Below, one piece after another: positions 1-10,303 of a DNA stretch of 64,000 bases. The translations under genes and the position numbers were made by a program. Numbering within the stretch: position 1 is the stretch's first letter; each line of letters starts with the position of its first letter. The DNA lies in assembly GCA_048213135.1 (NCBI GenBank), contig PS015022.1, forward strand, positions 1 through 64,000, given 5' to 3'. This DNA is from Reclinomonas americana ATCC 50394 (Eukaryota). Below the pieces are notes generated by a model that did no database searches, was not told where the DNA came from, and saw only the letters and a list, made by a program, of their open reading frames with translations.

Positions 1-121
1 GGTCCAGGCCTCGGGGCAGACGGACCACCGTCACGCCGGTGCGGACGGCCTCGTCCTCGACGCAGCCTACCTTCAGGCCGGGCACGTCGGTGATCAGGTT
101 GCGGGGGCCGGGCTTGGGCAT
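1..121 (-). CDS. P1/DmpA-family (S58) aminopeptidase, N-terminal part only; runs off the window
   Basis: Reverse-strand translation MPKPGPRNLITDVPGLKVGCVEDEAVRTGVTVV matches the DmpA-type N-terminus (N-x-ITDV-x-G-x-x-VG...TGVTV). Confidence 0.75.
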   Translation of the reverse strand, partial: MPKPGPRNLITDVPGLKVGCVEDEAVRTGVTVVRLPRGLD

Positions 122-188
122 CGGGAATCTCCGTGTGGCGCGATGCTAAACCGTCCATCGCGCCACTGGAATTCGCCGCGAACGCCTG

Positions 189-896
189 CTAGGAAGACCA
201 CCCTTCGCGCAGGCGAAGATGTGCGGGCGTGGTGAAACTGGTAGACGCGCCGGACTCAAAATCCGGTTCCGAAAGGAGTGTCGGTTCGACCCCGACCGCC
301 CGCACCAACTTCCTTTCCTTCTGTCGAGCGTCTTCCGTGACGCGCCGGATCAGGCGGTTCAGCAGGGCTCGCCCCTTTGGCCATGCGCCGTGACCGGAGG
401 CCACATTGATGTGGCCCGCTCGCCCCAGGTCGACGAACTCGGACCCCCAGCCGCGCGCGAAGGCTTCGGCGCGCTCGATCTCGACATAGGGATCGTTGCG
501 GCTGGCCACGACCAGGCTCGGAAACGGCAGGCGCTGGCGGGGAATGGGCGAGAAGCCGACCAGCAGGCGGCCCGCCGGTCCCTCGCGATTGACGTCGGCC
601 GGCGCCACCAGCATGGCCCCGCCCACGCCGCGCCCGCCCGTCACCTGGGCGAAGTGGGCGACCAAGGCGCAGCCCAGGCTATGAGCCACCAGGATCGCGC
701 CGGGCCTCTGGCGCACGGCCTCGGCCAGGCTGATCGTCCAGTCGCCCAGCAGGGGGCGCTCCCAGTCCTGCTGCTCGACGCGCACCGCGCCCGGCAGCGC
801 GCGTTCCCAATGGGTTTGCCAGTGATCGGGCCCGGAGTTGTAGAGGCCCGGCACGATCAGGATCGGCGGCGTGGCGTCACGGGCTTGCAAGGTCAT
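189..896 (-). CDS. RBBP9/YdeN-family alpha/beta hydrolase
   Basis: VPG...HWQ N-terminus, AHSLG nucleophile elbow, SRNDPY and GHIN motifs. The C-terminal tail runs antisense through the tRNA. Confidence 0.88.
   Translation of the reverse strand: MTLQARDATPPILIVPGLYNSGPDHWQTHWERALPGAVRVEQQDWERPLLGDWTISLAEAVRQRPGAILVAHSLGCALVAHFAQVTGGRGVGGAMLVAPADVNREGPAGRLLVGFSPIPRQRLPFPSLVVASRNDPYVEIERAEAFARGWGSEFVDLGRAGHINVASGHGAWPKGRALLNRLIRRVTEDARQKERKLVRAVGVEPTLLSEPDFESGASTSFTTPAHLRLREGWSS
223..307 (+). tRNA. tRNA-Leu(CAA)
   Basis: Acceptor stem GCGGGCG/CGCCCGC, anticodon arm CCGGA-CT-CAA-AA-TCCGG, long variable arm, GGTTCGA T-loop, encoded CCA. Confidence 0.97.
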
Positions 897-1004
897 GGTG
901 GTCCGCCGGGATTGAGCGCTGATAAGCGATCTCTAGGGCGCGGCGGGGTTGCAGCTCAATTCATATCAATTGAGTAGGATTTAAGGAAAGCTGATGGGCT
1001 TTCC

Positions 1005-2045
1005 TCACATCCCCCCAAACAGCGCCTCACACCCCGTCCCCGCCAGCAGGGCGTCAGCCGCCGCGCGATCGGCTGCAGACAGCGCGGCATGAGCCTGCCG
1101 CAGCGCCATCAGGCACTTGGCCTGGTAGGGGAAGGTCGGCTGGGTCCAGGGGCGTCCGTCGATCACCGTCTCGACGGTTTCGACGCCGCTCATCGCCGCC
1201 TTGGCGTTGGCCAGCAAGAACGGCGCATAGACCCGGCCGATCTCGCTCAGCAGCGGCCGCAGTGCGTCGGCAAGGTCGGCGCGCGAGGCCCAGTGGGCGG
1301 CGTCGGGCTCCAGGCCTGACAGGTCCTCCACCCGATCGAGCCAGGCCCGAACCCGGCGCGAGCGCTGGACGGTGATCGCCGCCGAGGTCGGTTCGATGAT
1401 CGCCAACTGCGACAGCTGTCCCTGGATCGCGAAGTCCGCCGCCGAGGGGCGCGCGCCCAGCACATAGCCTTGCCGCTCGATCAGGCCGTCCAGCACATCG
1501 ACGAAACGGGCGTAGCTGGCTTCGATGGTGGCGGCGGTGGTCGGGTTGGAGCCCACCACATAGAGGCGGTCGATCTGGCGCTTGGAGATCTCGCGCGCGG
1601 CCGCCTCGGCGACCTGACCGGGCAGTGTGGGGTCGTGCCAGAAGATCAGCATAGGCCCGGCGTTCTCGATGTCCGCCGCATGGGCCCAGCGGAAATGGAA
1701 CATCGCCTTGGTCAGCCACTCGTCGGCGTAGTCTTCGATCAGGTCATTGAGGAAGGCGACGACCGGATCGTCCGGGATCACCGAGCGGCCGGCTTGCTCG
1801 CGCTCAAGTCGGCGAATGATCGGGGTGGAGTCGGTCACCGCCTCGAAGCCGTCGGCGGCGGGGAAATAGAAGGTCGGGAGGAGCTTCACCTTCGGCTCGG
1901 GCAGGCCCGGCGGCGGGTTGCGGTGACTGCCCCAGTGGATCGCGTGCGGGATGCGCCGAAAGCGCAGCAGCGCCAGCATCTTGCGGGTGTAGGGCGATCC
2001 CGCCGCGCCGAGCAGCGCCAGGGGCACCGAAGCCTCTTTGGACAT
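1005..2045 (-). CDS. Glutathione S-transferase-like protein
   Basis: GSPYTRK N-terminal motif, LLP...DST motif, C-terminal G-x-RPS-x-ADFA motif. Confidence 0.8.
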   Translation of the reverse strand: MSKEASVPLALLGAAGSPYTRKMLALLRFRRIPHAIHWGSHRNPPPGLPEPKVKLLPTFYFPAADGFEAVTDSTPIIRRLEREQAGRSVIPDDPVVAFLNDLIEDYADEWLTKAMFHFRWAHAADIENAGPMLIFWHDPTLPGQVAEAAAREISKRQIDRLYVVGSNPTTAATIEASYARFVDVLDGLIERQGYVLGARPSAADFAIQGQLSQLAIIEPTSAAITVQRSRRVRAWLDRVEDLSGLEPDAAHWASRADLADALRPLLSEIGRVYAPFLLANAKAAMSGVETVETVIDGRPWTQPTFPYQAKCLMALRQAHAALSAADRAAADALLAGTGCEALFGGM

Positions 2046-2122
2046 ATTCCCTCCGCCGTCGCTTCTTGAGCTTTTGGCAGAGGGAATGCCGAAAGAGGCG
2101 CGCCGTCAAACTTCCCCTTGGG

Positions 2123-2602
2123 TCAGGCGATGCGGTCGCCCCGGTGCAGCGGGTCGGGCAGGGGATCGCCCGCCTTCACGAACTGCAGCGACACCGAGTT
2201 GATGCAGTAGCGCAGCCGCGTCGGCGCTGGGCCGTCCGGGAAGACGTGGCCCTGGTGGCTGTCGCAGCGGGCGCAGCGGGTCTCGATGCGGACCATGCCG
2301 TAGGAGGTGTCGCGCACGCCGATGACGTGATCCTCGGCGAACGGGGCGTAGAAGCTGGGCCAGCCGGTGCCGCTTTCGAACTTGGTCTCGTGCTTGAACA
2401 GCGGCAGGCCGCAGAGGCGGCAGCAATAGACGCCGGGGTTCTTCTCGCCCAGCAGGCCGCCGCAGAACGGGGCTTCGGTGCCGTGATGCAGGAGAACGCG
2501 GGCTTCCTCGGCCGTCAGGTCGGCCTCCAGGCGTTCGCGTTCGGGCTCGGTCGGCGGCGTCAGGTCAAAGCCGGCGGTTGAAAGGGTGGCTGCGTCTGTC
2601 AT
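2123..2602 (-). CDS. msrB: Peptide methionine-(R)-sulfoxide reductase
   Basis: GTE-x-PF, two CxxC zinc motifs, SGTGWPSF, GHVF-x-DGP and RYCINS. Start taken at MTDAA; 2611 is an alternative. Confidence 0.95.
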   Translation of the reverse strand: MTDAATLSTAGFDLTPPTEPERERLEADLTAEEARVLLHHGTEAPFCGGLLGEKNPGVYCCRLCGLPLFKHETKFESGTGWPSFYAPFAEDHVIGVRDTSYGMVRIETRCARCDSHQGHVFPDGPAPTRLRYCINSVSLQFVKAGDPLPDPLHRGDRIA

Positions 2603-2654
2603 GAAGGCCATTGTAAGCGTTTCGGCGCTGTTTCGGTAGCACCAGGAGCCCCAC

Positions 2655-3230
2655 ATGACCGTCGCCGTCGCCTTTATGCAGCCGGGCTGGGCCGATTGGG
2701 AGGCTGGCGGCGTGCTGGCTCTGCTGCGCGAGCACCTGAAGGTGCAGATCGAGATCGCCACTCCGACTGGCGATCCCGAGACCTCGATCGGCGGCGTGCT
2801 GGCGGCGTCGGACTATCGCTTTGACGACCCGGTGCTCAGTGACGCCGACGTCTTCCTGCTGATCGGCAGCGACGCCTGGAGCGAGGCGGAGAACCCGGCG
2901 ATCTCGGCGCTTATCCGGCAGGCGCTGGCCGACGGCAAGATCGTGGGCGGGATCTGCGCCGGCACAACGGCCCTGGCGCGGGCCGGTCTGTTCGCGGGCC
3001 GCCAGCACACCTCGAACGGCAAGGACTGGCTGGACGGCGTTGTCCCGGGCTATGCGGGCGGCGAGCACTATGTCGACACGCCCAAGGCGGTGACCGACGG
3101 CAAGCTGGTCAGCGCTTCGGGACTGGCGCCGGTGACCTTCGCAGCCGCGGTCGCGCGCCTGATCGCGCCGGAGCAGGAGGCGCTGATCGCGGGCTATGAA
3201 GCGATGTTCGCGCGGGAGTTTGGGGCTTAG
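2655..3230 (+). CDS. DJ-1/PfpI-family glutamine amidotransferase-like protein
   Basis: ADWE motif, GICAGT nucleophile elbow, LARAGL, HTSN and AVTDG motifs. Confidence 0.88.
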   Translation: MTVAVAFMQPGWADWEAGGVLALLREHLKVQIEIATPTGDPETSIGGVLAASDYRFDDPVLSDADVFLLIGSDAWSEAENPAISALIRQALADGKIVGGICAGTTALARAGLFAGRQHTSNGKDWLDGVVPGYAGGEHYVDTPKAVTDGKLVSASGLAPVTFAAAVARLIAPEQEALIAGYEAMFAREFGA

Positions 3231-3246
3231 GGGCGTTCCCAGAAAA

Positions 3247-3372
3247 CCGACCTTCCCGGCGAATGCCGGGACCCAGATCATAAGGCTCTGAGACGAACGC
3301 AACGCCCCCGAGTTTCCGTCGGAACCCTGGGCGTTCTTGCATCTGGGCCCCGGCATTCGCCGGGGATGTCGG
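3247..3372. repeat. Palindromic intergenic element (REP/RIME-like) between convergent genes
   Basis: 32-nt arms at 3247-3278 and 3341-3372 are inverted repeats (29/32 identical). Each arm is itself a hairpin (CCCGGC-GAAT-GCCGGG). Confidence 0.8.
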
Positions 3373-3379
3373 CGTAGGG

Positions 3380-3877
3380 CTATTTGAGCGCCGTCTGACC
3401 CGCGCGCGCCACCACGCCGTCCTGGGCCGCCGTGCCGCCCGAGACGCCGATGGCACCGACGATCTTGCCGTCGACCAGCAGCAGCTCGCCGCCTTCCACC
3501 GCCGTGGCGCCGGTGAAGATCGCGTTCAAGGTTCCGCTCTTCACCGCGTCCTGAAACACCGAGGTCGGACGGCGGAAGTTGGCGGCGGTCTGGGCCTTCT
3601 TCACCGCGACCTCATTCGAGCCGTACTGCGTTCCGTCCATCTTCTGGGCCAGCACCTGGGCGCCGTTCGACTCGACGACCACGATGACCATGGTCCAGCC
3701 GTTCTTGCGGGCCTCGGCCTCGGCGGCGGCCGCGACGGTCTTGGCCTCAGCCAGGGTGATGACGCGGCTGGAATAGGCGGGCGCTGGGGCCGCCGGCGCT
3801 GCGGGCGCGGTCTGGGCCGAAGCGTAGCCGCCTGAGAGAGCCAGGCCGGCGGCGATCAGGGCAAGCGTCTTGTTCAT
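3380..3877 (-). CDS. Exported GlcG/HbpS-family heme-binding protein
   Basis: Signal peptide, A-x-x-KA-x-TA, GG-x-L and GAIGVSGG...QD motifs. Confidence 0.88.
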   Translation of the reverse strand: MNKTLALIAAGLALSGGYASAQTAPAAPAAPAPAYSSRVITLAEAKTVAAAAEAEARKNGWTMVIVVVESNGAQVLAQKMDGTQYGSNEVAVKKAQTAANFRRPTSVFQDAVKSGTLNAIFTGATAVEGGELLLVDGKIVGAIGVSGGTAAQDGVVARAGQTALK

Positions 3878-6800
3878 GGCAGCACGACCTCGTCGTTCAG
3901 GGCGGTGTTCTGGGGTTGATCCGAGACGATGCGGACCCGCAGGCCCGAGGGCTTGGCGCCCGCCGGGATCTTCAGCTTCACCGAAGCGGTCTTGGGCAGC
4001 AAGTCGCGGGGCGCCTTCAGCGGCGGGATCGCGGCGGTGGCCAGCACCTGGCCCGAGGCGCCGACCAGCTCCAGCTTGGCGGCGGACGTGTCCTGGGCGC
4101 CCAGGCTGTGAACCTTGGCGGTGACGACCGAGCCCTTCAAGGTGACGTCACCGCGCCCCACGCCCAGATCGGCGCGCCGGGCGGGATCGTCGCCGGCCTT
4201 GGTCAGGCTCATGTCGATGATCGTCGTCTGACGCGGGGGCAGGACGACCTTGGTCCCCAGGCTGCGCTCGAAGGCGAGGGTGCGGGTCTGGCTTGTCCCG
4301 TCGATCGCGTCGTCGCCATCGGAGTCGAGGCCTTGGGTCAAGCTCCACTGGCCGGGCGTGACGGTCCAGCCGGTCATGGTCGCCGTCACCGGCTTGTCGG
4401 TGGTGTTGTAGGCGATGACCTTGAAGCCGGTCTTGGTGGCGTTCTTGACCAGCAGGGCGACCGCCGTGCCGTCGGTGCCGTCGAAGCGCCAGGAGACGGT
4501 GTGGCCCGGGTTCATCTGGCCGCGCTTGTTGGCGATGCCGCCCAGCCGGGTGCGCTGCAGATAGTCGGATGGAAGCTCCACCCGGTCGGACCACCAGTGG
4601 CCCTCGGTGTGCATGTACATGTGCTGGGCGTTCCACTGGATCTCGTCGGCGTAGAGGTCCTCAAGGTGGGTCTTGTCGCCGGTGAGGGTCCAGGCCGCAT
4701 AGCGCTCGAACGCCCCGCCCTTCGCTGCGGCTTTCAGGAGCGCGTCCTTGTTGGCCTCGCCCAGGTTCAGCGCAGTGAGGGCGTTTTCGTTGACCGCCGC
4801 CAGAGACTTCAGGCCGTTCTTGCCGATCCGCCAGGTGATCGGGGCCAGATACTTCGCGTCGCCGGTGATGCGCCAGGCCGACCAGAACACCTGGAAAGGA
4901 CCGTCCGCGCCCGAGCCTTGCAGCACCGTGCCGCCGCGTTCGGCGTCGCTGCGCCAGTTGATTTCGTTGGGCAGGGAGCCGTCCGGCTTGGCGTGGGCCA
5001 GATAGCCATCGGCGAGCCCCACCACCGTAGCCTTGGCGGTGGCGTCGCCATTGTAGTCGGCGATCAGGATCGAGGGGTGGGTGACGCCGAACGAATACGG
5101 CTTCTGCCACTCCCACGGGCCTTCGCGGTACGCGATCTTGCCGCTGTACCAGTTGGTATTGAAGTGGACGTGGCCGGCCGGGTTCTGGTCGATGACGCGC
5201 GGCAGGGCCTTCACGGTCGTGAACAGGCGCTCGACCGCCAGCGGATCGCCGTAGTTGACGTACATCGCCTCCGAATTGGAGTTGATGCCTTCCTCGTAGG
5301 CGTGCAGCTCGTCGGTCGCGATGGTCGACAGGCCGTCGGTGAACATGCCGTTCCTGTAGACGGCGTCGGTCAGGCGGTTCAGCGAGTGGGTGATCTTGTC
5401 GGGCTGCACGCCCATCAGCGCCACGCCCGGCCATTGCTGCAAGAGGTCGCTGTCATCCGACAAGCCGCCGCCGAAGTCGCCGAAGTCGGCCTGGCGCTCG
5501 TCGATCCACCAGTTGACGAACCTAGAGACCAGCTTCAGGTCCTCCAGTTGGCGGAAGGCCCACAGCGGTGTGTCGTCCTTGGGCTTGGGCTGCTCGAACG
5601 CCGGCCAGCCTTGGCTGCCATAGGTGATGTCGCCCCAGTATTCGCGGCCAACCGGGTTGTCGGGATCAACGCGCAGCAGATCGGTGATGTCGGCGTAGAG
5701 GCGACGATAAAGGCCTTGGCGTTTGGAGGTGGTGTGCTCCTCAACGAGGAACGCCCAGTTGTCCTTCACCTGGTTCAGACGATCCTGGATGTGCTCGACC
5801 TTGGCCTTGTCGCGGTCCTTGAGCACTAGGCGGATCTTAGTCCCGTCCATAGCCTTGGGGCTGAAGGCGGCGCTGTCGGCGGCCAGGGTCAGATACAGGC
5901 TGTCGGCGGTCAGGATGCGGTCGCGCAGGTCGAGCCACACTGTGCGGGCCTCGTCGGCCTTCACCGAGACGCTGACGTCGATCATGTTCCGGCCCGGCCA
6001 GATCGGGTCCTTCACCTGGATGTTCAGCGGGATGACCGTGCCCGCCGCGCCGGGCAGCGCGGGGATGTCGATGGCGATCCCGTCCAGGCCGTCGCGAGCG
6101 TTTTCCCAGCCATAGGCCCAGTTGCGGGCCAGGGGCTTGGCGGCCGGTGCGTCGCCGAAGCCGGACGGGATCAGCACGTGGACGATCGGCAGGCCCTTCG
6201 CGGCGAGATCGCCAGCGGGGCGCGGACGGCTGGGCGCGCCCTCGGGAATGGCGATGACGGTGGCGCGCTCGCCCGCTGGATGGCGACCGGCGATATAGGC
6301 GTTGAGATCGGCGAGGTTCAGATAGTCCGGCGCGACGTCGGCGCGGACCGTGTAGCTCATCTTGAAGGCGTCCCTCGGCTCGCCTCCGGCCGAGACGTTG
6401 TAGGCCCAGAGCTCCTGGATCGGAGTTTCCTGCGCCACGTTGGTAAAGGTCAGAACGCCGCCCGTCAGCGGCTGGGCCAGTGGGGTGACCGTGCGCTGCT
6501 GGTCCTTGGCGCGTGTTCCGACGCTGGCTTGCTTGTCGCCGGCCTTGGCCGACCAGGAGAGCGCGCCGTAGGCCGGCCCCTGGATCTCGATCCGGTTGAT
6601 CGGCTCGTCGGGCAGAGCCACAGTCAGCGCCTTGCCGCCGTCGACATAGACGTTCCAGTCGGGCAACGGGAAATAGTCGTCGCGGCCGGGCAGGCGCGAG
6701 CGGTTGTAGACGCCAGGCCAGGTGGTTTCCGGGATGCCGTCATTGGCCCGCCACATCCACTGTTTGATGTCCTTGGCGTCCGTGATCTCGACCTTGCGGA

Positions 6801-7647
6801 TCGTGGTCTTCTCGTCGGCGAGGAGCGGCGGGACCTCCTTGGTCCAGCCGTAGCGCTGCTTCCAGGCGGCGCGGACGGCCGGGTCCTCAAGCGTGGCGAC
6901 GGGTGCAGCGATGGCGGGCGCCTGGTTGCGGGCGAGGGCGGTGATGGCGTCGGCGGCCAGCGCGCGGTCATAGATCCGCAGCTCGTCCAGATCGCCGCCG
7001 CGCGTGAAGTTGTAGCGGCTCTGCACCTGATGGGGCGCGATAACCCGACCGGCGACGCCGAACTGGTCCAGGCCCGCGTCATAGACCGCCTTGGTCTCCT
7101 TCTTGGCCGCCAGCTTGCCGTCGACATAGAGCTGCACGCCGGTGGTCTCGTCCCAGGTGAAGGCCAGATGCGTCCAGGCGTCCGGGGCGGGATTCTTGTC
7201 GACCTTGAACGAGACACGGGTGCGCGCCAGGCCATTGTCGGTGACAAAGGCGTCGAAGCCCTGGCCGTTCCAGTCGATGCGCAGGAACGCCATGTCCCAG
7301 CTGGAATGATCGGCATAGCCGACGCGGAAGATCACGAACGGCGCGACGCCGACCGGGTAGCCGGACTTCCAGAAGAAGGCGAGGGTTCCGCGCTGGGCCT
7401 GGATATTGCCGGGCGCGTTCCAAGAGACGATTCCATCGTCGGCGGCGCGGAAGCCCTTGCCGGCCTTGCCTTCGATTGATGTTACCTTGTCGGCGAAGTT
7501 GGGGACAGGATCGCCGGCCGCGATGTCGGCGACCAGCCCTTTGTCGCCCGACAGACGAAACAGCAGCCCCGGCTCGTCCGTCGGCGCCGCGCTCGTGGCG
7601 CTGGCCAGGATCAAGGCGCAAGCCGAGCCCAGGAACATCGACTTCAT
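3874..7647 (-). CDS. Large secreted protein with an N-terminal LamG-like jellyroll domain (~1257 aa), function unknown
   Basis: GGAGGAG RBS before MKSMFLG, signal peptide, LamG hallmarks WTHLAFTWD...LYVDG...DELRIY. Its stop overlaps the next start (ATGA). Confidence 0.8.
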   Translation of the reverse strand: MKSMFLGSACALILASATSAAPTDEPGLLFRLSGDKGLVADIAAGDPVPNFADKVTSIEGKAGKGFRAADDGIVSWNAPGNIQAQRGTLAFFWKSGYPVGVAPFVIFRVGYADHSSWDMAFLRIDWNGQGFDAFVTDNGLARTRVSFKVDKNPAPDAWTHLAFTWDETTGVQLYVDGKLAAKKETKAVYDAGLDQFGVAGRVIAPHQVQSRYNFTRGGDLDELRIYDRALAADAITALARNQAPAIAAPVATLEDPAVRAAWKQRYGWTKEVPPLLADEKTTIRKVEITDAKDIKQWMWRANDGIPETTWPGVYNRSRLPGRDDYFPLPDWNVYVDGGKALTVALPDEPINRIEIQGPAYGALSWSAKAGDKQASVGTRAKDQQRTVTPLAQPLTGGVLTFTNVAQETPIQELWAYNVSAGGEPRDAFKMSYTVRADVAPDYLNLADLNAYIAGRHPAGERATVIAIPEGAPSRPRPAGDLAAKGLPIVHVLIPSGFGDAPAAKPLARNWAYGWENARDGLDGIAIDIPALPGAAGTVIPLNIQVKDPIWPGRNMIDVSVSVKADEARTVWLDLRDRILTADSLYLTLAADSAAFSPKAMDGTKIRLVLKDRDKAKVEHIQDRLNQVKDNWAFLVEEHTTSKRQGLYRRLYADITDLLRVDPDNPVGREYWGDITYGSQGWPAFEQPKPKDDTPLWAFRQLEDLKLVSRFVNWWIDERQADFGDFGGGLSDDSDLLQQWPGVALMGVQPDKITHSLNRLTDAVYRNGMFTDGLSTIATDELHAYEEGINSNSEAMYVNYGDPLAVERLFTTVKALPRVIDQNPAGHVHFNTNWYSGKIAYREGPWEWQKPYSFGVTHPSILIADYNGDATAKATVVGLADGYLAHAKPDGSLPNEINWRSDAERGGTVLQGSGADGPFQVFWSAWRITGDAKYLAPITWRIGKNGLKSLAAVNENALTALNLGEANKDALLKAAAKGGAFERYAAWTLTGDKTHLEDLYADEIQWNAQHMYMHTEGHWWSDRVELPSDYLQRTRLGGIANKRGQMNPGHTVSWRFDGTDGTAVALLVKNATKTGFKVIAYNTTDKPVTATMTGWTVTPGQWSLTQGLDSDGDDAIDGTSQTRTLAFERSLGTKVVLPPRQTTIIDMSLTKAGDDPARRADLGVGRGDVTLKGSVVTAKVHSLGAQDTSAAKLELVGASGQVLATAAIPPLKAPRDLLPKTASVKLKIPAGAKPSGLRVRIVSDQPQNTALNDEVVLP

Positions 7648-7808
7648 GACGACCGTCTCCTCCCGATGGCGAACATCTCGGACCCTACTTTTGGTAACCG
7701 GTGTCATGCCTGGGGCCCGGTGTAGCGCCGTAAGGGCAAGCTTGCAAACCCGGCGGGGCCTGATAGGCCATGCTGCAAAGCACAAAAATCTGCGGGCGGA
7801 AGTTGCCG

Positions 7809-8274
7809 ATGTTCACGAAGATCCTGATCGCCAACCGTGGTGAGATCGCCGTCCGGGTGATCAAGACGTGCCGCCGCCTCGGCATCAAGACGGTGGTCGT
7901 CTACTCGGACGCCGACGCTGGTTCGCTGGCCGTGGAGATGGCCGACGAGACGGTGCATATCGGCGCCTCGCCGGCCAACCAGAGCTATCTGGTCGCCGAC
8001 AAGATCATCGCCGCCTGCAAGCAGACGGGCGCGCAAGCGGTGCACCCGGGCTTTGGCTTCCTGTCCGAGAACGCCGGCTTCGCCCAGCGCTGCGCCGACG
8101 AGGGGATCGTCTTCATCGGCCCCAACCCCGGCGCCATCAGCGCCATGGGCGACAAGATCGAGAGCAAGAAGTTCGCCCAGGCCGCGGGCGTGTCCTGCGT
8201 GCCCGGCCACATCGGCGAGATCGCCGACACCGCAGAAGCCGTGAAGATCTCCGAGGAGATCGGCTATCCGGTGA

Positions 8275-8311
<37 letters not shown>

Positions 8312-9806
8312 TCGCGTCGCCTGGACCCGCCAGGACGTCGAGGAAGGCTTCCCGGCCGTGCGCGCCGAGGCCAAGGCCAGCTTCGGCGACGACCGCATCT
8401 TCATCGAGAAGTTCATCGAAAGCCCGCGCCACATTGAGATCCAGGTGCTGGGCGACAAGCACGGCAACGTCGTCCACCTGTTCGAGCGCGAGTGCTCGAT
8501 CCAGCGCCGCAATCAGAAGGTCATCGAGGAAGCTCCCAGCCCGCTGCTGGACGAGGCCACCCGCAACGCCATGGGCGCCCAGGCCGTCGCCCTGGCCAAG
8601 GCCGTGAACTATGACTCCGCCGGCACGGTCGAGTTCGTCGCCGGCCAGGACAAGAGCTTCTACTTCCTGGAGATGAACACTCGCCTGCAGGTCGAGCACC
8701 CGGTGACCGAGCTGATCACGGGCCTGGACCTGGTCGAGCAGATGATCCGCTCGGCCTATGGGGAGAAGATGGCCTTTGGCCAGTCGGACCTCTCGATCAA
8801 CGGTTGGGCCATCGAAAGCCGCATCTACGCCGAGGACCCGTACCGCAAGTTCCTGCCCTCGATCGGCCGGCTGGTGCGCTACGACCCGCCGGCGGAAGGC
8901 GACAAGGACGGCTACAAGGTCCGTAACGACGCCGGGGTGCGCGAGGGCGACGAGATCTCGATGTTCTACGACCCGATGATCTCCAAGCTCTGCACCTGGG
9001 CGCCGACGCGTCTGGCCGCCATCGACGGCATGGGCCGGGCGCTGGAGGACTTCCACATTGAGGGCCTGGGCCAGAACATCCCGTTCCTGGCCGCCGTGAT
9101 GGACGAGGAGCGTTTCCGGTCGGGCAAGCTGGCGACCAGCTACATCAAGGACGAGTTCCCTGACGGCTTCAACGGCACGACCCCGACCGCTGTCCAGCTC
9201 GACATCCTGACCGCCGTCGGCGCGGCCATGCAGCGCGTCTATGCGACCCGCGCTCGCAGCTACGACTCTGGCCTGATCGGCGAGGCGCGTGACGAGTGGG
9301 TGGTGGCGATCGGCGAGACCCGTCGCCGGGTCAAGGTCGCCGGCGAGGACGGTGCGGTGGCTGTCGAGCTGCTCGACGAAGGCCGCACCCTGTTCCTCAC
9401 CGACATCGACTGGCGACCGGGCAAGCCGGTGTTCAAGGCCGTGCTGAATGGCCTGGCCTTCACCGTCCAGGCCTCGCCCGCCGCTGAGGGCTTCACCATC
9501 CGCCATCGCGCGGCCAAGACGCGCGTGCTGGTCCTGACCCCGCGCTCGGCCGAGCTGCACGACAAGCTGCCCGAGAAGCAGGCCGCCGACACCTCCAAGC
9601 TGGTGCTGTCGCCGATGCCCGGCCTCGTCGTCTCGATGGACGTCACCGCCGGCCAGCAGGTCCGCGAGGGCGAGGTGGTCTGCGTGCTCGAGGCCATGAA
9701 GATGCAGAACATCATCCGCGCCGAGCGTGACGGCGTCGTCAAGGCGGTCAACGCCAAGGGCGGCGACCCGGTCGCGGCCGATGAGATTCTGGTTGAGTTC
9801 GCATAA
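7809..9806 (+). CDS. pccA: Propionyl-CoA carboxylase alpha (biotin carboxylase/biotin carrier) subunit
   Basis: KILIANRGEIA, GGGGKG, ECSIQRRNQK, EMNTRLQVEHPVTE, and the biotinyl EAMKM motif. Confidence 0.88.
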
Positions 9807-9847
9807 ACGATGTTTTCTCCTCGGTTTGATAGCCGGGGAGAACTTAT

Positions 9848-10303
9848 GTGACCTTCACGCAGACGATGCTGAGCTTCCAGGGGCGTCTTCGTCGTCGCGA
9901 CTTTTGGATGTACTGGATCGGGTTGTTGGTGGTGGCCGCGACCCTCTTTGTGCTGTTGGAGCGCCTGCTTGGGCTCGATTTGACTGAGCACCGCTCCTGG
10001 ATACTGACCCTGCTGACGGTCTGGCCGAGCTTTGCGCTGCTCGCCAAACGCATGCATGATCGTAACCGATCGGCTTGGTGGGCGCTGCTGCTGCTTGTCC
10101 CCGATCTGGTCGGCTCTTTCGACGCGATCATCGGTCTCCCTTTGGAGATTTCGATGTCAGCTAAAATTGTCGGCGGCTTAGTGGCGATCTGGTTCTTCAT
10201 CGACTTCGGTTGTTTGGACGGGACTCAAGGCGACAACCGCTTCGGGCCGTCGCCGAAGGCGCCGCGCGAGCCTTCGCCCTCGGAGACGCCGGCTGTCGCC
10301 TAG
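9848..10303 (+). CDS. DUF805 inner-membrane protein
   Basis: F-x-GR-x-x-R-x-x-FW, KRMHDRNRSAWW and GDNRFGP motifs. Confidence 0.85.
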   Translation: MTFTQTMLSFQGRLRRRDFWMYWIGLLVVAATLFVLLERLLGLDLTEHRSWILTLLTVWPSFALLAKRMHDRNRSAWWALLLLVPDLVGSFDAIIGLPLEISMSAKIVGGLVAIWFFIDFGCLDGTQGDNRFGPSPKAPREPSPSETPAVA

